A model generated the notes under the pieces. The model was not told where the DNA came from, ran no database searches, and saw nothing but the letters and a program-made list of their open reading frames with translations. A stretch of DNA of 64,000 nt from an uncultured Chloroflexia bacterium (GTDB lineage: Bacteria; Chloroflexota; Limnocylindria; Limnocylindrales; CSP1-4): the NCBI GenBank assembly GCA_963813535.1, contig CAWEZH010000002.1, positions 544,001 to 608,000 of the forward strand. Reading direction: 5' to 3'. The translations under genes were made by a program, and so were the position numbers. Each line of letters opens with the position of its first letter. Position 1 is the stretch's first letter. Positions 22,664 to 32,201 of this stretch are shown piece by piece.

Positions 22664-23623
22664 GTGGCCCGCGCGTCGCTCGGGCCGGGGCTGGACGGCA
22701 TCCTCATCGTCGACAAGCCGATCGGTCCGACATCCCACGACATCGTCGGCCTGATCCGACGGCTCGCGGCGACGAAGCGCGTGGGTCATGGCGGCACGCT
22801 GGATCCGTTCGCCTCCGGGGTCCTGCCGGTGTTCCTGGGCCGGGCGACCCGCGTCGTCGAGTTCCACCTCGGCGATCGGAAGGCGTACCGGGCGACGATC
22901 TGCTTCGGCGCCGCATCGACCACGGATGACCTGGAGGGCGAGCTGACGCCGGCCGAGGGTCCGGCTCCGGGCCGTGACCGCGTCGAGGCGGCGCTCGCTA
23001 GGTTCATCGGCACGCTCGCACAGCGACCGCCCGCGTACTCCGCGATCAAGGTCGGCGGGCGGCGGGCATACGCGATGGCCCGCGCGGGCGAGGCGGTCAC
23101 GCTCAAGGACCGTCAGGTCACGATCGACGCGCTCTCGCTCGTGACGTGGGACGACACGGATCCGGAGCGACCGATCGCCATCGTGGACGTGGTCTGCTCC
23201 GCGGGGACGTATGTCCGAGCGCTTGCGCGCGACCTGGGTGAACGGGTCGGCAACGCGGGCTACCTCGGTGCCCTGCGGCGGACGGCAGCCGGACCGTTCG
23301 CCCTCGACGATGCCGTCTCACTCGACGCGGTCCGCGCCGCGGCGGCCGATGGTCCGGAGGGGCTGGACGCCGTGCTCCGTCCGATCGATGAGGGCCTCGA
23401 GCGATTCCCGATCGTCGAGCTCGATGCCCCTGAGGTCGACGCCGTCGCCCATGGGCAGTACGTCAGGCCCGCGGCGGGGATCCCGGCGCCGGCGGACCAC
23501 TATCGACTGCGTTCGCCCGACGGTGTCCTTGTGGCGATCGCCGTTCCGGTCGACGGCGGACGATTGGCACCCGACAAGGTCCTCGTGCCGGCGGGCCCCG
23601 AACCTGCCGGAGCCCGCGCGTGA
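22664..23623 (+). CDS. truB: tRNA pseudouridine55 synthase
   Basis: DKPIGPTSHD, GHGGTLDPFASG, PPAYSA, SAGTYVR. Confidence 0.97.
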   Translation: MARASLGPGLDGILIVDKPIGPTSHDIVGLIRRLAATKRVGHGGTLDPFASGVLPVFLGRATRVVEFHLGDRKAYRATICFGAASTTDDLEGELTPAEGPAPGRDRVEAALARFIGTLAQRPPAYSAIKVGGRRAYAMARAGEAVTLKDRQVTIDALSLVTWDDTDPERPIAIVDVVCSAGTYVRALARDLGERVGNAGYLGALRRTAAGPFALDDAVSLDAVRAAAADGPEGLDAVLRPIDEGLERFPIVELDAPEVDAVAHGQYVRPAAGIPAPADHYRLRSPDGVLVAIAVPVDGGRLAPDKVLVPAGPEPAGARA

Positions 23624-24363
23624 TGGACGTGGTCGCCGGCGTCACGGGGCTGCGGCCGGAGCAAGGACCCATCTTCACGGTCATCGGCGTCTTCGATGGG
23701 CTGCATCGAGGCCATGCCTACCTCCTGGATCGCCTCGTCCAGGAGGCCCGTACCCGCGACGCCCGTCCGTGCGTGATCACGTTCGACCATCATCCCGACG
23801 AGGTGCTCACCGGTTCGGCTCCGCCACTCCTGCTCGACCCCGACGAGCGGATCGAGCGATTGGCCGCCGCGGGTGTCGCGGTGGCGGTCGTCCAACCGTT
23901 CGACGACGTGGTCAGACAGACCTCGTACGAGGACTTCGTCGATCTCATCCGGAGGAACACGGAGTTCCGTGGGTTGGTGATGACACCGGACGCGGCCTTC
24001 GGCTATCAGCGGCAGGGGACACCCGAGGCGCTCCAGACGCTCGGCGCGCGCCTCGGCTTCGACGTCGTCGTGATCGAACCGCTGGTGATCGACGGCGGTC
24101 CAGTCCGTAGCACCGAGATCCGCACGGCCATCGAACGTGGTGACCTGGCCGGCGCCAGTCGGCTGCTCGGCCGGCCGGTGGGCCTTCGAGGTCAGTCCCG
24201 GGACGGCCGGATCAGCTTCGCCTGGCCCATGGCCCTGCCACCGGACGGCGAGTACCGCTGCCGGCTCGACGGTCGGGACGGCATCGCCACGGTGACGGGT
24301 GGTACCGTCCGCGTCCCCGACGGGATCGCCGACGGACCCGTTCGACTGGAGTTCATCACGTGA
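23620..24363 (+). CDS. ribF: FAD synthetase (RibF N-terminal domain) with degenerate riboflavin kinase domain
   Basis: GVFDGLHRGH, STEIR, LLGRP; no PTAN kinase motif; synteny after truB. Confidence 0.8.
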   Translation: MMDVVAGVTGLRPEQGPIFTVIGVFDGLHRGHAYLLDRLVQEARTRDARPCVITFDHHPDEVLTGSAPPLLLDPDERIERLAAAGVAVAVVQPFDDVVRQTSYEDFVDLIRRNTEFRGLVMTPDAAFGYQRQGTPEALQTLGARLGFDVVVIEPLVIDGGPVRSTEIRTAIERGDLAGASRLLGRPVGLRGQSRDGRISFAWPMALPPDGEYRCRLDGRDGIATVTGGTVRVPDGIADGPVRLEFIT

Positions 24364-24875
24364 CCGATACGCGCTGGCACCTCGCGCAGCTCAACGTGGG
24401 CCGCCTGGTCGCCCCGGTCGGATCAGCCGTGATCGAGGGCTTCCGGGTCCAGCTCGAGCCGATCAACGCCCTGGCCGACACCCATCCCGGGTTCGTATGG
24501 CGCCTCCAGACCGACGCCGGCGACGCCACCTCGATCCGCCCGACCGAGGACGACCTGTTCCTCATCAACATGAGCGTGTGGACGTCGCTCGAGGCACTCC
24601 GCGCGTTCACCTACACGACGGACCATGTCCAGGTGCTGCGCCAGCGCCGGTCCTGGTTCGAGCAGCTCGCCTCGGCGCACCTGGTCCTGTGGTGGGTGCC
24701 GGCCGGCCATATCCCGACCGTCGATGAGGCGATGGAGCGGCTGGATCGAATCCGTCGCGACGGACCGACACCCGCCGGATTCACGTTCCGCTCACCATTC
24801 GCGCCCGAGGCGGATCACCCGGGCGAGTCACTTGTCGACGCGGAGTTCTGCTGGCCCGAGCTCGCGGCGTCCTGA
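24360..24875 (+). CDS. DUF3291 domain protein
   Basis: HLAQLNVGR, PGFVWRL, NMSVW, LWWVPAGHIPT. Confidence 0.8.
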   Translation: MTDTRWHLAQLNVGRLVAPVGSAVIEGFRVQLEPINALADTHPGFVWRLQTDAGDATSIRPTEDDLFLINMSVWTSLEALRAFTYTTDHVQVLRQRRSWFEQLASAHLVLWWVPAGHIPTVDEAMERLDRIRRDGPTPAGFTFRSPFAPEADHPGESLVDAEFCWPELAAS

Positions 24876-24880
24876 GCGGC

Positions 24881-25444
24881 CTACAGCCCCGGCTGCCAGA
24901 GGGGCTCGTCGATGCCACGTTCGAGGTTCTCGTAGCGCGCCATGACGAAGAGCGCGTCCGACAGGCGGTTGAGATAGGGCAGGACAAGCTTGCCGATCGC
25001 CTCCTCGCGCGCCAACGTGATGGTCTCGCGTTCCGCTCGCCGGCAGATGGTCCGAGCCACATGGAGTTGTGCCGCGCCTGGGGCGCCGCCCGGCAGCAGG
25101 AAGTTCGTCAACGGTCCGACGCGCTCGTTCAGCTCGTCGATGAGCCCTTCCAGCCGCTCGACGTGCCGCGGTTGGACGGTCGGGATCCGGGCGCGCCGGC
25201 CGTCATCGTTCGGCCAGCACAGGTCCGATCCGAGGTCGAACAGCTCGTTCTGGATGCCCGCGAGCTCCGTCGCGAGCCGTTCCGAGAGGCCCAGCGCCAG
25301 CGCGACGCCGATGGCCGAGTTCAGCTCATCCACCGTCCCGTATGCACGGACCCGCGCCGAATCCTTCGGTACGCGCCGCCCGCCACCGAGCCCGGTCAGC
25401 CCTTCGTCGCCGGTCTTCGTGTAGATCTTGGTGAGCCGCGGCAT
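24881..25444 (-). CDS. PduO-type cob(I)alamin adenosyltransferase
   Basis: [40 protein letters not shown]. Confidence 0.93.
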   Translation of the reverse strand: MPRLTKIYTKTGDEGLTGLGGGRRVPKDSARVRAYGTVDELNSAIGVALALGLSERLATELAGIQNELFDLGSDLCWPNDDGRRARIPTVQPRHVERLEGLIDELNERVGPLTNFLLPGGAPGAAQLHVARTICRRAERETITLAREEAIGKLVLPYLNRLSDALFVMARYENLERGIDEPLWQPGL

Positions 25445-25509
25445 GACCGCAGGATAGTCGAGCGTGCGGGCGACACGGGTCCGCGCGCGTGGCGCGTTCC
25501 GGGTCGCTC

Positions 25510-25518
25510 TGCTACCAT
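25510..25518 (+). promoter_or_regulatory. Extended -10 promoter (TGCTACCAT) for rpsO-pnp
   Basis: TGn-TACCAT about 50 nt before rpsO. Confidence 0.5.
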
Positions 25519-25568
25519 CCGCCGGTCATAGAGGTAGAAAGAAGCAACAGTTCGTGTCGGAGGACCGA

Positions 25569-25838
25569 GTGCCGCTCGCGCGGGAACAGAAGCAGGAGAT
25601 CATCGTCGGGTACGCCACAAAGGATGGCGATACCGGCTCGCCGGAGGTCCAGATCGCGCTCTTGACCGAGCGCATCAAGGAGCTCACGGACCATCTTCGA
25701 CGCTTCCCCAAGGACAACCATTCGCGTCGCGGCCTCCTCAAGCTCGTCGGCCAGCGCCGCCGCCTTCTCGCGTATCTCATGAAGAAGGACAGCGCGCGCT
25801 ACCGGACCGTCATCGGACGGCTCGGACTCCGCCGCTAG
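25569..25838 (+). CDS. rpsO: 30S ribosomal protein S15
   Basis: [33 protein letters not shown]; GGAGG before GTG. Confidence 0.98.
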   Translation: MPLAREQKQEIIVGYATKDGDTGSPEVQIALLTERIKELTDHLRRFPKDNHSRRGLLKLVGQRRRLLAYLMKKDSARYRTVIGRLGLRR

Positions 25839-25959
25839 GTCGCCGCTCACGGATCTCGGGCCGATCGCCCGGGGTCCTCGCACACACGGCGCCAGCTGCG
25901 AAGCAGGCTGACCCGCCCGCGGGTCGTTCACTCCTCCACGACAAGGAGGATCGTTTCCC

Positions 25960-28548
25960 TTGTCTCAGACATTCGAGACACAGCTCGGTGGTCGCACGCT
26001 GACCATCGAGACCGGCAAGCTCGCACGGCTCGCCGGCGGCTCCGTCACCGTCCGCTACGGCGACACCATGGTGCTCGGCACCGCCAACCGCTCCGAGCCG
26101 CGGCCCGGGCTCGACTTCTTCCCGCTCACCGTCGATTTCGAGGAGCGCATGTACGCCGCGGGCAAGATCCCGGGCGGCTTCATCAAGCGCGAGGCCCGTC
26201 CATCGGAGAACGCGATCCTCGCGGCCCGACAGACGGACCGGCCCATCCGCCCGCTCTTCCCCGAGGGCTACAAGGACGATGTCCAGCTGGTCATCACGGT
26301 CCTGTCGACCGACCAGGAGAATCTCCCTGACGTCATCGGCACGATCGCGGCATCGACGGCGCTGACCATCAGCGAGATCCCGTTCAACGGCCCCGTCGCA
26401 TCGGTCCGCGTGGGCCGCATCGACGGCGAGTTCGTCGTCAACCCGGTCTTCAGCCAGCTCGCCGATTCGGAGCTGGACCTGATCGTCGCCGGCACGCGCG
26501 ACGCGATCATGATGGTCGAGGCCGGCGCCAAGCTCCTGCCCGAGGACGTGATGGCCGAGGCCATCCTGTTCGGGCATCGCGCCCTGCAGCCGATCGTCGA
26601 TCTCCAGGAGGAGATCCAGAAGGCCGTCGGCAAGGCCAAGCGCATCCCGTACCTCGAGCCGACGACAGGTTCCGTGCTCGAATTCGCCTCCGCGACGGAC
26701 GCGAAGCGAGAACTCGTCGTCATCGACACCGAGACGACGGGCACCGATCCCAAGATGTCCGACCTGCTCGAGGTCGCCGCGGTGAAGGTCAAGGGCACCG
26801 AGATCGTCGATCGCTGGTCGACCTTCGTGAACCCGGGCCGGCCCATCGTCGGCAACCAGATGCACGGCATCACCGACAAGGACGTCCAGGGCGCACCGAG
26901 CCCGCGCGAGGCCGCGGATCAGCTGCTTGCCTTCGTGGGCGAGGCGAAGATCGTCGGCCACAACGTGGGCTTCGACCTCGGCTTCATCGAGGAGGCCAAG
27001 GGCGACGGGTTCCGGTTCCAGCCCGGCACCTACCTCGACACCCTGACCATCGCCCGCGAGGGCTATCCCGGGGCCGAGTCGTACAAGCTCGGTGACCTGG
27101 CGCGCTTCTTCGGCGTCGAACTGAGCCAGGGCCATCGGGCGCTGCCGGATGCCGAGGCGACCGCGAGCCTCCTGATCTGGTTCGCGAACGATCTGCCCGG
27201 CCGGATCTCGACCCTCCGGACGGCCATCGCCGACGCGGTCCGCGCCCAGCGCTCGGGTGGCGATACGACCAGCCTGCTCGAATCGGCGCGCCGCGATGCA
27301 CGCGTGAGCAAGAGCCTGTTCAGCCTCATCCAGAAGAAGACGGTCCGTCAGCTCGTCCTCGACGAGGGCATCCGCATCGACGGGCGCGGTCTCACCGAGA
27401 TCCGGCCCATCAGCGTCGAAGTCGGGCTCGTCCCGCGCGCCCATGGCTCGGGCCTGTTCACGCGTGGTGAGACGCAGGCGCTGACGGTCGCCACGCTCGG
27501 CTCGTCCTCGGACGTGCAGCGGATCGACACGATCAGCCCGGAGACCGAGAAGCGCTACCTCCACCACTACAACTTCCCGCCGTACAGCACGGGCGAGAAC
27601 AAGATGATGCGCGGGCCCAGCCGGCGTGACATCGGCCACGGCCATCTCGCCGAGCGTGCGCTCGTGCCGGTCCTTCCGGACCACGACGAGTTCCCGTACG
27701 TGATCCGTCTCGTCAGCGAGTGCGTGACCTCGAACGGCTCGACCTCGATGGCCTCGACCTGCGGATCGACCCTCGCACTCATGGATGCCGGCGTGCCGAT
27801 CAAGGCACCGGTGGCCGGCGCGGCGATGGGTCTCATCAGCGAGCCCGACGGCCGGTACGTCGTCATGACCGACATCCTCGGCAAGGAGGACTCGATCGGC
27901 GACATGGACTTCAAGGTGACCGGAACACGGGACGGCGTGACCGCCCTGCAGATGGACATCAAGGTCCAGGGCATCAGCGAGGCGATCATCCGCGATGGCC
28001 TCAAGCAGGCCCTCGCGGCTCGGCTCGAGATCCTCGACAAGATGACGGCCGTCCTGCCCGAGTCGCGCGAGGAGATGAGCGACTTCGCACCGCGCATCAT
28101 CACGATCAAGATCAACCCGGAGAAGATCCGCGACATCATCGGCAAGGGCGGCTCCATGATCCGCAAGATCCAGGAGGAGACCCAGACCGAGATCAACGTC
28201 GAGGACGACGGGACGGTCGAGATCGCCGCGGTGTCGGGTGAGAACTCGCGCAAGGCGATCCAGTGGATCGAGAGCCTGACCCGCGAGGTCGAGATCGGTG
28301 CGCTGTACCTCGGCAAGGTCACCCGGATCATGGGTTTCGGGGCCTTCGTCGAGATCCTGCCCGGCAAGGAAGGCCTGGTCCGCATCGGCGAGCTGGCCGA
28401 CTACCACGTGCCCACTGTCGAGGACGTCGTGTCCGTCGGCGATGAGGTGATGGTCGTCGTGACCGAGATCGACCGACAGGGCCGCGTCAACCTGTCGCGC
28501 AAGGCCGCGATGCAGCGCCACCTGGCAAAGGAGCCCGTCGAGGCGTGA
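25960..28548 (+). CDS. pnp: Polynucleotide phosphorylase with inserted DEDDh exonuclease domain
   Basis: RNase PH1 ([22 protein letters not shown]), insert DTE..HNVGFD..HRALPD, RNase PH2 ([23 protein letters not shown]), KH, S1; follows rpsO. Confidence 0.97.
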   Translation: MSQTFETQLGGRTLTIETGKLARLAGGSVTVRYGDTMVLGTANRSEPRPGLDFFPLTVDFEERMYAAGKIPGGFIKREARPSENAILAARQTDRPIRPLFPEGYKDDVQLVITVLSTDQENLPDVIGTIAASTALTISEIPFNGPVASVRVGRIDGEFVVNPVFSQLADSELDLIVAGTRDAIMMVEAGAKLLPEDVMAEAILFGHRALQPIVDLQEEIQKAVGKAKRIPYLEPTTGSVLEFASATDAKRELVVIDTETTGTDPKMSDLLEVAAVKVKGTEIVDRWSTFVNPGRPIVGNQMHGITDKDVQGAPSPREAADQLLAFVGEAKIVGHNVGFDLGFIEEAKGDGFRFQPGTYLDTLTIAREGYPGAESYKLGDLARFFGVELSQGHRALPDAEATASLLIWFANDLPGRISTLRTAIADAVRAQRSGGDTTSLLESARRDARVSKSLFSLIQKKTVRQLVLDEGIRIDGRGLTEIRPISVEVGLVPRAHGSGLFTRGETQALTVATLGSSSDVQRIDTISPETEKRYLHHYNFPPYSTGENKMMRGPSRRDIGHGHLAERALVPVLPDHDEFPYVIRLVSECVTSNGSTSMASTCGSTLALMDAGVPIKAPVAGAAMGLISEPDGRYVVMTDILGKEDSIGDMDFKVTGTRDGVTALQMDIKVQGISEAIIRDGLKQALAARLEILDKMTAVLPESREEMSDFAPRIITIKINPEKIRDIIGKGGSMIRKIQEETQTEINVEDDGTVEIAAVSGENSRKAIQWIESLTREVEIGALYLGKVTRIMGFGAFVEILPGKEGLVRIGELADYHVPTVEDVVSVGDEVMVVVTEIDRQGRVNLSRKAAMQRHLAKEPVEA

Positions 28549-28552
28549 CGTT

Positions 28553-28590
28553 CCGGCGTCGGGGACCAGCCGGGCTGGTCTCCACGCCGG
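28553..28590 (+). terminator. GC-rich hairpin after pnp (no U tract)
   Basis: CCGGCGT..GACCAGC-cgg-GCTGGTC..ACGCCGG inverted repeat. Confidence 0.5.
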
Positions 28591-28657
28591 TCCCGGCTTG
28601 CGGGGCCCTCGTGCTGGGGCCGCGTCTGCCAGCCCGTCCGGAGCCGTCGGGACCCGC

Positions 28658-28666
28658 TGCTATACT
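28658..28666 (+). promoter_or_regulatory. Extended -10 promoter (TGCTATACT) for asd
   Basis: TGn-TATACT 38 nt before the asd ATG. Confidence 0.6.
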
Positions 28667-28704
28667 CCCGCCGTGCCCGACCTGATCAAGACCACAGCGG
28701 AGCC

Positions 28705-29778
28705 ATGCCCAACGTGACCAGCAAACCTCTCACGGTCGCGATCGTCGGCGCTACCGGGGTCGTCGGCGGGACGATGATCCGGATGCTGCTCGAGCGCGAG
28801 TTCCCGTTCGGGGAACTGCGCCTGCTGGCCAGCGCACGCAGCGCCGGCACCGAGGTCGACGTGGCCGGCACGAGACACACCGTGCAGGAAGCGACGCCCG
28901 ACGCCTTCGAGGGCGTCGACATCGCGCTGTTCAGCGCCGGTGGCGATACGTCCAAGGCGCTCGCGCCCGAGGCGGCCAGGCGCGGCACGACCGTGATCGA
29001 CAACTCGAGCGCATGGCGGATGGACCCGACCGTGCCGCTCGTGGTCAGCCAGGTCAACCCGGATGACCTCGGATGGCACGAGGGCATCGTCGCCAACCCG
29101 AACTGCTCGACGATGCAGCTCGTGCCGGTCCTGATGGCGCTGCGCGATGCCGTCGGGCTCGAGCGCGTCGTCATCGACACATACCAGGCGGTCTCGGGAA
29201 CCGGTGGCAAGGCCATCACCGAGCTCCAGCGCCAGGTCGAGGCACACGTCAACGACGAGCCCCTGAGCGCGACGGTCTACCCGCACCAGATCGCGTTCAA
29301 CGCCCTGCCGCAGGTCGATGTCTTCCTCGACAACGGCTACACCAAGGAGGAGTGGAAGGTCGTCACGGAGAGCCGCAAGATCCTGCACCTGCCGGACCTG
29401 CGCATCTCGTGCACAGCCGTTCGTGTCCCCGTCTTCGTCGCTCACTCCGAGGCCGTCCACGTCGAGACCATCGACCCGATCACGCCCGAGCGCGCACGCA
29501 CGCTGTTCGCGGCCGTGCCTGGCGTCGTCGTCCAGGACGATCCAGGCACCTCGACGTACCCGCTCGCGACGCAGGCCGCCGGGAGCGACGAGGTCTACGT
29601 CGGTCGGGTTCGCCAGGACGCGTCGATCCCCGCGGGCCGCGGCCTTGCCTTCTGGGTCGTCAGCGACAACCTGCGCAAGGGCGCCGCCACGAACGCCGTC
29701 GAACTTGCCGAGATCTTGGTCGACCGCGGGTGGGTCAAGGCCGCCGCGACACGGGACGCGGCCGGATCCCCGGCGTGA
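28705..29778 (+). CDS. asd: Aspartate-semialdehyde dehydrogenase
   Basis: VGATGVVG, IDNSSAWRM, ANPNCST, DNLRKGAATNA. Confidence 0.97.
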   Translation: MPNVTSKPLTVAIVGATGVVGGTMIRMLLEREFPFGELRLLASARSAGTEVDVAGTRHTVQEATPDAFEGVDIALFSAGGDTSKALAPEAARRGTTVIDNSSAWRMDPTVPLVVSQVNPDDLGWHEGIVANPNCSTMQLVPVLMALRDAVGLERVVIDTYQAVSGTGGKAITELQRQVEAHVNDEPLSATVYPHQIAFNALPQVDVFLDNGYTKEEWKVVTESRKILHLPDLRISCTAVRVPVFVAHSEAVHVETIDPITPERARTLFAAVPGVVVQDDPGTSTYPLATQAAGSDEVYVGRVRQDASIPAGRGLAFWVVSDNLRKGAATNAVELAEILVDRGWVKAAATRDAAGSPA

Positions 29779-30509
29779 CCGACGCCGAGCGCCGTGCGGC
29801 GCTCGAGGCGATCGCCGCGGAGGTCCGCGATTGCACCCGCTGCCGACTCCACGAGACGCGGACGCACGCGGTGCCTGGCGAGGGCGACCCGTCGACCGAG
29901 GTCGTGTGCGTCGGTGAGGGCCCCGGTCAGAACGAGGACCGGGAGGGCCGACCGTTCGTGGGTCGCGCCGGTGGCCTGCTCGTGAACCTCCTCGGGCACA
30001 TCGGCTGGACGCGCGACGACGTGTTCATCACGAACATCGTCAAGTGCCGCCCGCCCGGCAACCGCGACCCGGAACCCGACGAGGTCGCCGCCTGCGCGCC
30101 GTACCTCCGCCGCCAGCTCGAAGTGCTCGACCCGGCCGTCGTGGTGACCCTCGGTCGCCATTCGATGGGCCGCTTCATGCCGGGCGCCCGCATCTCGCAG
30201 GCGCACGGCACGACCCGACCTGCCGATCCGGCGACGGGTGCCCCCGATGCCACGGTCTTCGCCATGTACCACCCGGCCGCGGCCCTGCGCACGCCGGCGA
30301 TCGAGCGAGAGTCGTACGAGGATGTCGCCCGCATCCCTGGCGTCCTGATCGAAGCGCGGGAGCGCCGCCGCGAGCACCGTTCGGCCGCCCGGGACGCCGC
30401 CCGTGCCGCTGCCGAGGGAGCGGGTGCGGCGCCTCGGACCGCAGCGACCATGGCGAGGGTCGCCGGCGCCGACCCGGACGACACGACCGACCAACTCACC
30501 ATCTTCTGA
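29775..30509 (+). CDS. Family 4 uracil-DNA glycosylase (4Fe-4S)
   Basis: CTRCRL, GEGPG..ED, PFVG, KCRPPGNR, YHPAA. Confidence 0.93.
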   Translation: MTDAERRAALEAIAAEVRDCTRCRLHETRTHAVPGEGDPSTEVVCVGEGPGQNEDREGRPFVGRAGGLLVNLLGHIGWTRDDVFITNIVKCRPPGNRDPEPDEVAACAPYLRRQLEVLDPAVVVTLGRHSMGRFMPGARISQAHGTTRPADPATGAPDATVFAMYHPAAALRTPAIERESYEDVARIPGVLIEARERRREHRSAARDAARAAAEGAGAAPRTAATMARVAGADPDDTTDQLTIF

Positions 30510-30528
30510 CACACACGACAAGGATTTC

Positions 30529-32199
30529 ATGACCACAGACCTCGACACGCCGCTCCGCATCATCCCGCTCGGCGGGGTGGGGGAGATCGGCAAGAACATG
30601 TACGTCTTCGAGTACGGCGATGACATCGTCGTGATCGACTGCGGCCTGATGTTTCCCGACGAGGAGATGTTCGGCATCGACCTTGTCATCCCCGACGTCA
30701 CCTATCTCAAGGAGAACCGCGAGAAGGTCAGGGCGTTCCTGATCACGCACGCGCACGAGGATCACGTCGGGGCGCTGCCCTACGTGTTGCCCGAATTCCC
30801 CGGCGTGCCGATCTACGCCAGCACGCTGGCGCGCGGCCTGCTCGGGAGCAAGATCAAGGAGCACAAGCTCAACAACAACCCGGTCCTGTCGCTCGACCCC
30901 GGCGACGAGATCGACGTCGGTCCGTTCCGCGTCATCCCGTTCCGCGTCGGTCATTCGATCCCCGACGCCATGGGCATCGCGCTCAGGACCCCGGTCGGCA
31001 CGATCGTCCACACCGGTGACTTCAAGTTCGACCACACGCCGGTCGACGGCAAGCTTTCCGACTTCGCGATCCTCGCCCGGATGGGCGCGGAGGGCGTCGT
31101 GTGCCTCCTGTCCGACTCGACCAGGGCCGAGAACCCGGGCTACACGCCGTCGGAACGCACCGTCGGTGAGGCCTTCCGCGAGATCATGGAGCCGCTCGAC
31201 GGCCGGGTGATCGTGGCGACATTCGCGAGCAATATCGCGCGCATCCAGCAGGTCCTCGACGCCTCTGCCGAGATGGGCCGCGACGTGTCGGTCATCGGAC
31301 GCTCGATGGAGCAGAACTTCCGCATCGCAACCGACCTCGGATACCTCAAGTACGACCCATCGAGCATCGTCTCGAAGGACAAGATCAAGGACTACGACAA
31401 CGGCAAGCTCACGATCGCCACGACGGGCGCCCAGGGCGAGCCGATGGCCGGTCTGGCGCGCATGGCGAACCGCGACCACCGGTTCGTCGAGATCCAACCG
31501 GGCGACACCGTGATCGTCAGCGCCAGCCCGATCCCGGGCAACGAGGAGTACGTCTCCCGGACCATCGACAATCTGTTCAAGGCCGGCGCGAACGTGTACT
31601 ACCACACGATCAAGCGTGCGCACGTCTCCGGGCACGCGAGTCAGGAGGAGCTCAAGCTCATGCTCGGCCTGACGAAGCCGAAGTACTTCATCCCGATCCA
31701 TGGCGAGTTCCGGATGCAGGTGCAACACGGCCGCCTGGCCACCGAGACCGGCGTCGACCCGTCGAACGTGTTCATCATCGAGAACGGGACGCCGATCGAG
31801 CTGTTCGCCGACGGGTCGGCCCGCCGCGGGAGCCCCGTCACGGCCGGGTACGTGTTCGTCGACGGCCTGTCGGTCGGCGAAGTCGGCGAGGTCGTCCTGC
31901 GCGACCGACGCAGTCTCGCGAACGACGGCATCTTCATGATCGTCGTGACCGTCGACAAGCAGACAGGCTCGGTGGTCGGTCGACCCGAGATCGTCACGCG
32001 CGGCTTCGTCCACATGAACGAGCAGGATCCGATCATGCATGAGGCCGTCGAGCGGGTCATCGCCGCGATCGACACGCCGGGCGACCACATCAGCGAGATC
32101 GGACTGCTCAAGAGCCAGGTCAAGGAGAGCCTTTCGCGGTTCCTGTACGAGCAGACCAAGCGGCGCCCGATGGTCTTCCCGGTCGTGGTCGAGGTCTGA
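30529..32199 (+). CDS. rnj: Ribonuclease J
   Basis: GGVGEIGKNM, THAHEDH, HTGDFK, HVSGHA. Confidence 0.97.
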   Translation: MTTDLDTPLRIIPLGGVGEIGKNMYVFEYGDDIVVIDCGLMFPDEEMFGIDLVIPDVTYLKENREKVRAFLITHAHEDHVGALPYVLPEFPGVPIYASTLARGLLGSKIKEHKLNNNPVLSLDPGDEIDVGPFRVIPFRVGHSIPDAMGIALRTPVGTIVHTGDFKFDHTPVDGKLSDFAILARMGAEGVVCLLSDSTRAENPGYTPSERTVGEAFREIMEPLDGRVIVATFASNIARIQQVLDASAEMGRDVSVIGRSMEQNFRIATDLGYLKYDPSSIVSKDKIKDYDNGKLTIATTGAQGEPMAGLARMANRDHRFVEIQPGDTVIVSASPIPGNEEYVSRTIDNLFKAGANVYYHTIKRAHVSGHASQEELKLMLGLTKPKYFIPIHGEFRMQVQHGRLATETGVDPSNVFIIENGTPIELFADGSARRGSPVTAGYVFVDGLSVGEVGEVVLRDRRSLANDGIFMIVVTVDKQTGSVVGRPEIVTRGFVHMNEQDPIMHEAVERVIAAIDTPGDHISEIGLLKSQVKESLSRFLYEQTKRRPMVFPVVVEV

Positions 32200-32201
32200 G
32201 C

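Noticed and set aside
26713-27186. Intein or mobile insertion in pnp
   Set aside because: No Cys/Ser start, His-Asn end, homing-endonuclease motifs or terminal repeats; codon style matches the host gene.
25810-28521. 903-aa antisense ORF and many other long overlapping ORFs (e.g. 1912-3585, 18981-21221, 30496-32280)
   Set aside because: Shadow ORFs expected opposite real genes in high-GC DNA; no recognisable motifs.
28673-28717. Short uORF before asd
   Set aside because: No Lys/Thr/Met codon run and no terminator; likely chance.
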